Translations under genes and position numbers: made by a program
Notes under the pieces: model-generated
What the model was told of the DNA's origin: nothing
Database searches by the model: none
What the model saw: only the letters and a program-made list of their open reading frames with translations
DNA from: Mytilus trossulus
Lineage: Eukaryota
DNA: 64,000 nt
Assembly: GCF_036588685.1 (NCBI RefSeq)
Contig: NC_086373.1
Coordinates: forward strand, 106,454,001-106,518,000
Direction: 5' to 3'
Shown: piece by piece, positions 39,082 to 50,808 of the stretch
Layout: every line of letters starts with the position of its first letter
Numbering within the stretch: position 1 is the first letter of the stretch

Positions 39082-42000
39082 ATGGAATATAGAAGAGACA
39101 ATGGACTAGTAGTAAGTGATGAACCAGAAAATGACAGTAATGAAAGCAAACGAATGGACAAATATCGCGTATCTGATGAACAGTGGAAACTTATAGAGGA
39201 ACGACTAAATGGAGGTTCAACAAATGCTGAGAGATCAGGCTCTCAAAGCAGTAATAGTAAATTATCGAAATATAGAATTTCCGGCGAACAATTGGATCAT
39301 TTAGAAAAACGAATGAAATCCAATGGAATTGATCCTAGTCAATCGTCTACACCTCTACGACAAGACAGGTCAGCTTCTTTAAAACAGCACAATAATTATG
39401 AACTTCTAGCAAGACAAGATTCAGCGGACAGTGGTTACGCCAAACTTGATCACATTCGAAATGGATTACATCCGCAAGATATTCCTGATTATGAAAAAGT
39501 AAAGAAATCACCCCATCCTAATCGTAAAGAAAGGTTAGTTTATATTATCATCTTAACAGTTAAATAATATCAATAACTTATTTACATGTATTTTCGTGTT
39601 CATCATGATCCCTTTAAAAGTCAACACATCTTTTTCTCGAAGTATACATACATGTTATTTTTCTCGTTATTACTTTCTTCTAAATAGAGAATTATTGGTA
39701 TTGCATATTGGAAATGGTATCATGATTTATCTTTACATTCAAACTTCTAAGCAACAGTATGTCATTTTTGCAATTTATAGGTTATGAACGATTCCTCTTT
39801 CTGAAATATATTTAGTTCCTTTAATTTTTGTTTTGTTTACCTTGTTGTTTTTGGCTTCCAGTATACCTTGGCGTGATCGTACCTTTCAAATTTAATTCTG
39901 TGTAATATCGCAGTTTGATCGCGATTAGTATGTCATGTGTTCATATATTATACTTCTTGTGTATCTGTTAAATGTATCAAGGATTTTTTGTAGGTTAGCT
40001 TGTTAAAAAATATGTTCAATTATTTGAACATTTGATTTAACTTAAAATTTCAGTCAACGTGTTTAGCATTCCCTTATCTGTCAGGGCATACAATATCAAC
40101 GGACTTCTGATATTAGCCATTTTCTTCTTGTGGTCATTGCTTCATTCTGAAACCAAACAGTTGGCTGGATATTGTTATAAACAAATTTGTCTGTCGGGGA
40201 GTTACTGCATCATCTAAAATAATTTTACGGGTGGAGAACTTGTCATCTACTGTATAAAATGCAGCAAATTCAACGTCTAAATTCCTGTCCGACTCGGCTT
40301 CAAACTCAAACGGACGCCTCTCGAGGGGTTCATGTGACCGAGGAGTCTAAAGTTCATCTACATTGATCCTTTGCCTATCAACTCTTGTCTTGCTTGTGGC
40401 GAGGTGTGCTCGACACCAATCTCAATCTGCCAACTTTGCAAGTTTTCCTGTCGGCGGATCTCTGCAGTTATCCAACCAACTTTTTACTCATTAGATCTCA
40501 AAACAATTATTTTATTTAAATATTTCAAAACTAATATTAAAGTTTTTTCTACTTTAAATTGACATTTTCTTAATACAAGCAATGGTGTACATCAAGTTCA
40601 TTTGAATTTTGGTGAATATAGTGTCTCATTGACAATCATACCAGATTTCTTTATTTTATATATGTAAAATGTATGTAACCTTTTAAAAGAAATTAGAAGT
40701 TACTTTCAATTTTACTGTTCGTTTTATGAGATTTAAATTAGAAAAATTGTGTAATGAATATCTGAGAAAAGATTTCTTCCAGTTTTCACAATGACTTAAA
40801 TACGAAAAAGTCAATATAATAGGTATGCACTGTTATAAGTTATTAATAAAAGAAATATATATTAACTGCCACATTCCTTACGTCTTTTGCCATATCGATA
40901 TATTTTTTAGAACTTGATGATTTCATGAACGTTGTTTGTATCTGATACGTTGCCAGGAACCCGAAATTACAAAAACGATGAGACATAGAAAGTTCACACC
41001 TCATTTTATAAAAGAATAGATGTGAATAAGGAGTAAAATATTTCTTAATTAGGAAAAAAAAGCAGGTTGGCTCTCTTTAAACTGGAACTTAAAGTCTGAA
41101 TCACAATCCTTTAAAGGCATTATGTATAATTAGTTAATGACTAACAGCGTAAATCGACCTGTTTTAAATGTTATAGAGATTTACTCTGACAAAGAAATAT
41201 CAGGATCATTGAATTCTACAATCGGATCATCGATCATTGTAGTAAACAATTTGTATTTAAAATTTTGAATTATTTTCATTTAATTGGGAGAGAAAATGCC
41301 ACATAAAAGGTAGGATTCTAATTTCTCACAATGTTGTATATATGAGAATAAGGGTAAAGAGATAAAACAGTAACATTTTGGCAAGTTTCTAAATCTAATA
41401 TTGTTAAAACTTGTTAATTAACTAACAGAGGAGTGACAAGCGTGTGTGAAATGTATTTTTAAAACTTGTTAATCAATAGTTTTTTGTACAGTTAACAAAT
41501 AACATCAATGATCTTTTGTATTGACGGATTTTCCAATAAAAATCTTTGTGACTTTTTTTTTTGACGGTATTTGCATATACTGTTTATCTTCCAAGAAAGA
41601 TTTCAAAAACATCGTTTGTATAGGGATTTGCCAGATTGTGACATCGAAAACAGTTATCAAAGGTACCAGGATTATAATTTAATATGCCAGACGCGCCACA
41701 CGCGCCAGACGCGCGTTTCGTCTTCAAAAGACACATCAGTGACGATCAGTTATAAAGCCAAACAAGTACAATGTTGAAAAGCATTGAGGACCCAAAATTC
41801 CAAAAAGTTGTGTCAAATACGGCTAAGGTAATCTTTTCATGGATAAGAAAACCCTTAGTTTTACGAGAAATTAAAAGTTTTGTCAACAATAAATTTACTA
41901 AAATGACCATACAATTGGTATTCATGTCAACACCGAAGTGCTGACAACTGGGCTGGTGAAAACCTCGGAGACGAAACGTCCACCAGCAGTGGCATCGACC

Positions 42001-45000
42001 TAGTGGTGTAAATAGTTATCAAAGGTACGATTGACTGCTATTGCATCTATTCTGAATATCAAAAATGTGGTCATTTTTATAAATTTCCTGTTTACAAAAC
42101 TTTGAATTTTTCGAAAAACTAAGAATATTCTGATTCCGAGAAACGAATACCTTAGCCGTATTTGGCAAAACTTTTTGAATTTTGGATTCTCAATGCTCAT
42201 GCTCTTCAACTTTGTATTTGTTTGGCTTTATAAATATTTCGATATGAGCGCCACTGATGAGTCTTATGTAGACAAAACGCGCGTCTGGCGTACTAAATTA
42301 TTATCCTGGAACCTTTGATAACTATAGGTAAAGCTACCTAGATTTGTTTAGGGATTTAACTGATTTTAACATCGATAAACTATTATTACCTCTATTTTAT
42401 AGGATAAATTACTTAGATTTATATAGCATAGGGATTTACTACATTGTAACATCGATAAACTTCTATTGCCTCTATTTTATAGGATAAATTACTTAGATTT
42501 ATATAGCATAGGGATTTACTACATTGTAACATCGATAAACTACTATTGCCTCAATTTTATAGGATAAGATACCTAGATTTGTGTAGGGATTTACCAGATT
42601 GTAAATAGTTATCAAAGGTACCAGGATTATAACATCGATAGCCTACTACTGCCTCTATTTAATAGGATAAGATACCTAACATCGATAAACTTCTATTGCC
42701 TCTATTTTATACGCTAAGATATTTAGATTTGTATAGGGATTTACTAGGTTGTAACATCAATAAACTTCTATTGCCTATATTTTATAGGATAAGATACCTA
42801 GATTTGTTTACGGATTTACCAGATTGTAACATTAAAGAACTGCTATTGCTTCTATTCATTTAAGATACCAAGAAGGCATTAATCAAAACGATAAAAAGAA
42901 AAAAAGGACAACTACATGATCAAACGAAAAAATGGCTAAAAGACCCGCAATAGGTTTGGCATGTCGTCATTTAACCAGGTTCCATACACCATTTTTTCCT
43001 TAAAATGTCCTGTACAAGTCAGTAATATGTTAGTTCTTACCAAATAGTTCGTTTCTATGTGTGTTATATCAACGTTTGTTTTTTGTCGCACTTCGGTGTT
43101 CCTGTTGTTCTTTTGTTTTCCTCTTATAGTTGATGTGTTTTCCTCGGTATTTGTTTGTAACCGGGATTTGTTTTGTCTCAATTGATTTATGACTTTTGAC
43201 TGGTATACTTCTGTTGCCTTTATTTGAAAACAGTCAAGATATAGCACGTATTTCAATCTGAGTACTACGTGCGTCAATAGGATAAAAGAATCTCGTGTGA
43301 CTGCACAGTCAGTAAGAACATAATACAGACAAGATCATTATGCAGGGTGGACGATGTCGGATAGACGCTAGAGTTAATAAATAAGAGGAAAGTATTATTG
43401 CCATCAACGTATTATTGTTTATGTAATGGTTTGCAAAGTCTATAAAAAAATAGACTTCAAATAAAATACCTTTACCGTTATCTGTTTATTGAATTTTCCT
43501 TTCAGTTCATTACAACAGAAGATTCAGCATAGAAAAGAGTTGTCACAAAGTATACAGTCTTTATCATCTGAAGGTAAGAATGTATTTATAGAAGGTTAGA
43601 ATACGATTCTGAAATGTATATTTTCATATTTTCATATTTCAAGATTGACGACACGATCCAAATTTCGAATATGCATTCTATAAAAAGGGTCAATATATCG
43701 GGACATAACAGTTAAAAAAATATTTTAAAAACAAGAATGTGTCCAAAGTGCACGGATGCCCCTCTCGCACTATCATGTTCTATGTTCAGTAAACCATGTA
43801 ATTTGGGCCAAAAATCTAATTTGGCATTAGAATTAGAAAGATCATATGATAGGGAGCATGTGTATTAAGTTTCAAGTTGATGGGACTTAAACTTCATAAA
43901 AAAAATACCTTGACCAAAAACTTTAACCTTAATCGGGACAGACGGACAAATGGAAGAACGAACAGACAGACGAACAAACGGGGGCACAGGTCAGAAAACA
44001 TAATGCCCCTCTATTATCGTAAGTGGGGCATAAAAGTGATGATTTTGACAATTTTAGTATTGGGTAAATTTCTATTTTATCTGTGTTTATTTAAATGAAC
44101 AAAAGGAGATGTAGGATAAATCATAATAAACCAATAGGCTAGCGATATATGTTTGGATATTTATGGATAAATCAAAATAAAATGAGTTAGATTTACAATT
44201 TACGTTTAAGAAAATGAACACTTTGTTATAGTTATCTTAAATAAACTTTGTGTACCGATACCAATAATGTTTTCATAAAATGTTCCTATTTTCTTCGAGT
44301 TAATGGTGACACTTTTTTCTTGGAGTTAATGGTGACACTTTTTTCTTGGAGTTAATGGTGACACTTTTTTCTTGGAGTTAATGGTGACACTTTTTTCTTG
44401 GAGTTAATGGTGACACTTTTTTCTTGGAGTTAATGGTGACACTTTTTCTTGGAGTTAATGGTGACACTTTTTTCTTGGAGTTAATGGTGACACTTTTTTC
44501 TTGGAGTTAATGGTGACACTTTTTTCTTGGAGTTAATGGTGACACTTTTTTCTTGGAGTTAATGGTGACACTTTTTTCTTGGAGTTAATGGTGACACTTT
44601 TTTCTTGGAGTTAATGGTGACACTTTTTTCTTGTAGTTAATGGTGACACTTTTTTCTTGGAGTTAATGGTGACACTTTTTCTTGGAGTTAATGGTGACAC
44701 TTTTTTCTTGGAGTTAATGGTGACACTTTTTTCTTGGAGTTAATGGTGACACTTTTTCTTGGAGTTAATGGTGACACTTTTTTCTTGGAGTTAATGGTGA
44801 CACTTTTTTCTTGGAGTTAATGGTGACACTTTTTTCTTGGAGTTAATGGTGACACTTTTTTCTTGGAGTTAATGGTGACACTTTTTCTTGGAGTTAATGG
44901 TGACACTTTTTTCTTGTATTTCAGCCATACAAGACCTCAAACCACTGACAATTCCAAAAGATGGAGATCTACAAGGATTTTCTGTGGAAGAAATGTCAAC

Positions 45001-45181
45001 ATTCTTTCGGTACATGCGTATTGAAGACAATATAGTGCAAAGACTTAGCAAAAAAAATGTTGACGGAATTAAATTTTCCAAATTAAAAGATACAGACCTT
45101 GAGAATATAGGAATAAAGAATCCAATTGTCATGCATTTTAGAGACAGGAGTTGTAAAAAGAAAATTCCATTCATGTTATAA
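39082..45181 (+). CDS. SAM-domain adaptor A (258 aa): disordered N-terminus with tyrosine motifs, C-terminal GAREM-type SAM domain
   Basis: Exons 39082-39533 (phase 2), 43506-43573 (phase 1) and 44925-45181, 777 nt in frame. The last exon encodes DLQGFSVEEMSTFFRYMRIEDNIVQRLSKKNVDGIKFSKLKDTDLENIGI, a SAM pattern resembling the GAREM C-terminal SAM. Additional small exons cannot be excluded. Confidence 0.75.
41703..41744 (-). ncRNA. Degenerate hammerhead ribozyme copy
   Basis: Same fold as the 38116 copy, but the core reads CTGATGT instead of CTGATGA. Confidence 0.6.
42249..42290 (+). ncRNA. Degenerate hammerhead ribozyme copy
   Basis: cgcca-CTGATGA-gtct..agac-AAAA-cgcgcg-TC-tggcg; the catalytic GAAA is mutated to AAAA. 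Confidence 0.6.
42330..42865. repeat. Degenerate about 71-78-bp tandem repeat
   Basis: Recurring AACATCGATAAACT.CTATTGCCTCTATTTTATAGGATAA..TACCTAGATTT..TAGGGATTTAC. Confidence 0.85.
43730..44033 (+). repeat. Interspersed repeat with internal (GACG/GACA)n microsatellite
   Basis: ACAAGAATGTGTCC..CACGGATGCCCC..GCACTATCAT..CTATGTTCAGT.; a reverse-complement copy lies at about 53240-53526 in the equivalent last intron of adaptor B. Confidence 0.75.
44297..44916. repeat. 26-bp tandem repeat, about 24 copies, ending in the acceptor of the SAM-A exon
   Basis: Unit GAGTTAATGGTGACACTTTTTTCTTG, with the T-run 5 or 6 long. Confidence 0.95.
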
Positions 45182-45469
45182 TACATATTTATTGACTTAA
45201 GCGTTCTTTTTTCGCCTTCTTTTTTTCACATACACTCACTGGTTTACCAGGTTATCTTACAAAACACATCTATCAGGTTCAGAATATAATGGAAAATAAG
45301 TAGATGTGCTTTGTTTTCCAACGAGACAACACTTTTCACATAAGTCCAAAAATTACATGGATTTAAGCAATTTCTTACTGTTATAGGAAACAACAAGAGT
45401 ATAATACCGCAATGTGTGTAAACAGTAATAACAATACATCAATGTTTCTTGAATTTAGATTTAGAGGTA

Positions 45470-45740
45470 GTAAATAAAGGCAAAAATAGTATACCACTGT
45501 TTAAAAGTCATTAATCGATTGAGAGAAAACAAAATAATCTGAGTAACAGACCAAAACCGAAGGAAACACATCAACTATAAGAGGAAAACAACAAAACAGC
45601 AGAAACACTGAAGTGCAACAACAAAAAAAACGACAATGCAACATACATACATAGAACGAACTATTAGTTAATAACTGCCATATTCCTGGCTTGGCACAGG
45701 ACATTTTAAAAACAAATGATGAGTTGAGTCTGGTTTGTTA
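45470..45740 (+). repeat. Interspersed repeat (AATAAAGGCAACAG.AGTATACC family)
   Basis: Reverse-complement copies at about 42940-43225 and 36915-37003. Confidence 0.7.
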
Positions 45741-46501
45741 TACAGTACAAATGCATGCAAGAAACCTCAGGACAGACAGTGTCACACGAATATATCAACA
45801 CCACAAAAAGTAACGTTACAGGTAAACAAAAAATTGGATATAAATAAAGATTAGGTTTGTTATTTGCTACAAACAATAGGATACAAAACAATGTTCGATT
45901 AGATTTTCAAATAAGACATCAAACATAGCTCTCAATTCGACAAAAACGGTGGACTCGAATGTGTTCTATTGTTCCTGCTATAGGGAGGTTCTGTTAGAGG
46001 AAAGATCGTTTATTTACTTTCAATTACACCTATTTTATAAAAAAAAACAACACCTAAGGATAAAATCGAAACGGACAAAAACGATGTTAAATGTAGAATA
46101 TATATGAAAAGTTATATGATACTGAAAACAGTTACTGTCGGAATACATAAATTTCTGGTTTAATACGTGTGTTGATATAACTATGACTTGACTGTTCCTA
46201 TTGCAGTTTATTCAAAATTCTTACCAAATCGCATTTTGTTTTATTAAGCCAAACTGTTCAACTGGTCAGAAATTGTAACGAACTGTTACATAGAAAACCA
46301 AAGTAATGTTGTGAAAGTGTAAGATGATAAAACTTACATTTCTTCCACTTCATTCATTATTATTATACAAAGAAAATATATAATAAAACTTATAAACATT
46401 CTTTTATTGTTATTGTCATACCAAAGGTGATAGGTAGTAAATTTCTAATTGCTAATATATCCAAACTAAGCTTTCGTACAAAGTTCGTATTTCCTTGGTG
46501 T

Positions 46502-48358
46502 TGTATTATGTCTTTGGGATTGTATTCTGGTGGTACACTTACTGTCTGTTTTATGTCTTTGGAATTGTATTCTGGTGGTACACTTACTGTCTGTTTTATG
46601 TCTTTGGAATTGTATTCTGGTGGTACACTTACTGTCTGTTTTATGTCTTTGGGATTGTATTCTGGTGGTACACTTACTGTCTGTTTTATGTCTTTGGGAT
46701 TGTATTCTGGTGGTACACTTACTGTCTGTTTTATGTCTTTGGGATTGTATTCTGGTGGTACACTTACTGTCTGTTTTATGTCTTTGGAATTGTATTCTGG
46801 TGGTACACTTACTGTCTGTTTTATGTCTTTGGGATTGTATTCTGGTGGTACACTTACTGTCTGTTTTATGTCTTTGGAATTGTATTCTGGTGGTACACTT
46901 ACTGTCTGTTTTATGTCTTTGGGATTGTATTCTGGTGGTACACTTACTGTCTGTATTATGTCTTTGGGATTGTATTCTGGTGGTACACTTACTGTCTGTA
47001 TTATGTCTTTGGGATTGTATTCTGGTGGTACACTTACTGTCTGTTTTATGTCTTTGGGATTGTATTCTGGTGGTACACTTACTGTCTGTATTATGTCTTT
47101 GGGATTGTATTCTGGTGGTACACTTACTGTCTGTATTATGTCTTTGGAATTGTATTCTGGTGGTACACTTACTGTCTGTATTATGTCTTTGGAATTGTAT
47201 TCTGGTGGTACACTTACTGTCTGTTTTATGTCTTTGGAATTGTATTCTGGTGGTACACTTACTGTCTGTTTTATGTCTTTGGAATTGTATTCTGGTGGTA
47301 CACTTACTGTCTGTTTTATGTCTTTGGAATTGTATTCTGGTGGTACACTTACTGTCTGTTTTATGTCTTTGGAATTGTATTCTGGTGGTACACTTACTGT
47401 CTGTTTTATGTCTTTGGAATTGTATTCTGGTGGTACACTTACTGTCTGTATTATGTCTTTGGAATTGTATTCTGGTGGTACACTTACTGTCTGTTTTATG
47501 TCTTTGGAATTGTATTCTGGTGGTACACTTACTGTCTGTTTTATGTCTTTGGAATTGTATTCTGGTGGTACACTTACTGTCTGTTTTATGTCTTTGGAAT
47601 TGTATTCTGGTGGTACACTTACTGTCTGTTTTATGTCTTTGGAATTGTATTCTGGTGGTACACTTACTGTCTGTATTATGTCTTTGGAATTGTATTCTGG
47701 TGGTACACTTACTGTCTGTTTTATGTCTTTGGAATTGTATTCTGGTGGTACACTTACTGTCTGTATTATGTCTTTGGAATTGTATTCTGGTGGTACACTT
47801 ACTGTCTGTTTTATGTCTTTGGGATTGTATTCTGGTGGTACACTTACTGTCTGTTTTATGTCTTTGGAATTGTATTCTGGTGGTACACTTACTGTCTGTA
47901 TTATGTCATTGGAATTGTATTCTGGTGGTACACTTACTGTCTGTTTTATGTCTTTGGAATTGTATTCTGGTGGTACACTTACTGTCTGTTTTATGTCTTT
48001 GGGATTGTATTCTGGTGGTACACTTACTGTCTGTTTTATGTCTTTGGGATTGTATTCTGGTGGTACACTTACTGTCTGTTTTATGTCTTTGGGATTGTAT
48101 TCTGGTGGTACACTTACTGTCTGTTTTATGTCTTTGGGATTGTATTCTGGTGGTACACTTACTGTCTGTTTTATGTCTTTGGAATTGTATTCTGGTGGTA
48201 CACTTACTGTCTGTTTTATGTCTTTGGAATTGTATTCTGGTGGTACACTTACTGTCTGTTTTATGTCTTTGGAATTGTATTCTGGTGGTACACTTACTGT
48301 CTGTTTTATGTCTTTGGGATTGTATTCTGGTGGAATACTTACTGGCCATTTTATGTCT
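46502..48358. repeat. 45-bp tandem satellite, about 41 copies
   Basis: Unit TTATGTCTTTGG(G/A)ATTGTATTCTGGTGGTACACTTACTGTCTGT(T/A), near-perfect. It is the source of the three overlapping about 650-aa ORFs. Confidence 0.97.
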
Positions 48359-48385
48359 TGGACATTGTATGTTTGTGGTATGTGG

Positions 48386-48595
48386 CACCGTTAAAGTCCA
48401 CAATTCCTCTAAAGTCCACAACACCGCTAAAGTCCACAACAATTTTCCGCTAAAGTCCACAACGCCACTAAAGTCCACAAACTTTCCGCTAAAGTCCACA
48501 AAATGACCTCCGCTAAAGTCCACAAGAAAACGCCGTTAAAGTCCACAATAACAAGTTCCGCTAAAGTCCACAAAAAAGCACCGTTAAAGTCCAAA
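48386..48595. repeat. Irregular array of CCG(C/T)TAAAGTCCACAA motifs (about 10 copies, 18-24 bp spacing)
   Basis: The AAAGTCCACAA core recurs with short variable linkers directly after the satellite. Confidence 0.85.
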
Positions 48596-50808
48596 CATTT
48601 TTTTTTTATTATCAAAAGATCAATTCGCTGTTTTTTTACTCCCAATAGTATATATATCTAATAAAAAGCATGAACCCTTGTTTTTTCAAAGTATTTCTTA
48701 CGAAAGCGTATTAGGGACATAGTAAACATAAAATTTGTAATGAAATATTCAAAGTCGAAATTTAGACATTCCAAATTTTAAAAGTTCGACTTAATCTCGA
48801 ATTTTTTGAATTCCGACTAAGTAAAAATTCAAAATTTTGATTTATTTTTTAAACTCGAAATTTCGACTTTTCTCAAACGCGAAATTTCGAATTTTCTCAA
48901 ACTCAAATTTCGACTTTACTTTACTTTTACAACTTTTGATTTCTGTTGTAATTCCTCTTTTCCTCGAATGGGACATAACTGAATTTTGATATGCACACGG
49001 ATGCAACAAGTGGACCAGGATCTGCTTACCCTTTCGGATCAACTTATATGACGTCTGGCTTTTGATGAGGTTCGTGTAAATAGTTTTCTATGTTGTGTTG
49101 TGTAGACTAATTTTCCTTGTAACCTTTCAAGTATAAAATATTTCAAAAAATAAACATAAAATAGGGCGATGTCTTTATGTTGAAATTGCTAATCACGAGT
49201 TGTGAGCGTATACAGAATAACAAAATCTTTGTTCTGAAAACCAAAATAGTGTCATTTAAGAATAATTTTTTTTTCAGCGTCTGACGAAGTAGTCTTTCAT
49301 TACAATTTTTGTTAAGATGAATGGATCACGAAACGTCTGTGAACAGTAACTTTAATGACCTAGAAGAGCACATGGAGTCCTATTATTTAATGTGTTTTGC
49401 AGTTTATCAGGGGGAGTAATGTAAATATTCATCCCATATTTGTAAGATGTCTTAGTCTATTTAATATCTTTTCATGGAACTTTTTACCAAAAAATAATTT
49501 AAAGTAGAATAGGAAGTATCTAGATCAATGGTATTTATGGATATTGGAGGTCAATGATTTTTTGTAAGTTTTGAATGGAAAGTTTAAGCAAATATTATGT
49601 TTCTGTATTGTTATGGATATGAAAAGAAATAAGTAAAGAAGTGTATACACATTCGACAAGAGAACAAGAGACTACGTTCACTCCCTGTGTAGAAAATGAA
49701 TAACATTATTCAAACTCAGAATTGTTATTTGATCTTAAGAGTTAGTCGTGCAAAGAGTATTATCATAGAATGGAAATGGGAAAAGTGAAGTATCTATTTC
49801 ATTTTATTTTTATTTTGAAATGGTTCATTAATTCTCATTTTTAATTGTTTTATAGTTATTTGATGATAGTTTGGAATGTAAAATCTTTATGCAACTATTG
49901 GTGTGTGAAAAGGTATAAGGTTACTTCCTTGTGTAAAACGCACATTAATGCCATGAATGGCTGATATCAAAACAAGGAAAAATTTACTTAATTTATATAA
50001 AAATGATAAATGTAGGATGATTAACAACATGGATCCCGTAAAAGGCTAAAAGACAAGGAGTCCGCCGTACACAACGCTTCGTCAATGAGCAAAACTCATT
50101 TAATTCTTCGTTCATTTTTTATTTGCAAAATTTCTCTCTTTTCTTAATTTTATCTTTTTATTATGAAGTTTGAAAGCCCACAACAATAGGTCGGCATTTT
50201 GAATTATTATTCCTCTTGATGCTTCTTGAAAATTTAAATATTACCAAGGTGTACATATCTTTATTTTAATGTTTTATGTCACTTTGACATCACAATTGCC
50301 AGGTTTGTACGGTATTGTATATATTGAAAAACAAATTTGTCAAAATAACCGTTTGTCAATTTATATTGAGAAATTCAAGGATAAAATAAAGACAACTTTA
50401 TGCAGTATTTAATATTTCTATTCAAGTATGATTACAATTTTCTGCACGCGATTCTCAAATTACCATGCGACATGTATGTTAATTTTGATTTTTCATGATA
50501 AAAGGCTTTATTGAAACATGATTATAAAACATCGTTCAAATGGAAATTAAATTTGAACCAGTAGGAAACAGCGCTATGGTAATCGAAATTAAATAAAATC
50601 ATGAACTGCTACAAAGATGTAAGGTATACCGCAGATCTTTTTTCTCTGACCGATTTTTTAACCCATTCTTTGTCATTCTTCCGTGTTAAATATATTATTG
50701 ACAACATCTGAATTTTATAATTAACAATAATAACTAGCAGGTAAACGGACAGGTAACGTTACGCATGCTTAGACAGAGTTTAAATGATTATTATTTATTA
50801 TAAACATC

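Larger units (their letters stand above)
41652..42324. mobile_element. Inverted pair of hammerhead-bearing repeat units (Penelope-like/retrozyme-type)
   Basis: The unit starting AGTTATCAAAGGTACCAGGATTATAATTT occurs forward at 41652 (restarting at about 42014) and reverse-complemented ending at about 42324. A further partial copy lies at 38083-38232. Confidence 0.6.

Noticed and set aside
46427-48523. Three overlapping 652-658-aa plus-strand ORFs and a 205-aa minus-strand ORF
   Set aside because: All are translations of the 45-bp satellite. They have no splice context or unique domain, and the variation is not codon-structured.
48386-48595. CRISPR-like appearance (conserved repeat with variable spacers)
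   Set aside because: Spacers are only about 3-9 bp, the context is eukaryotic, and there are no cas genes.
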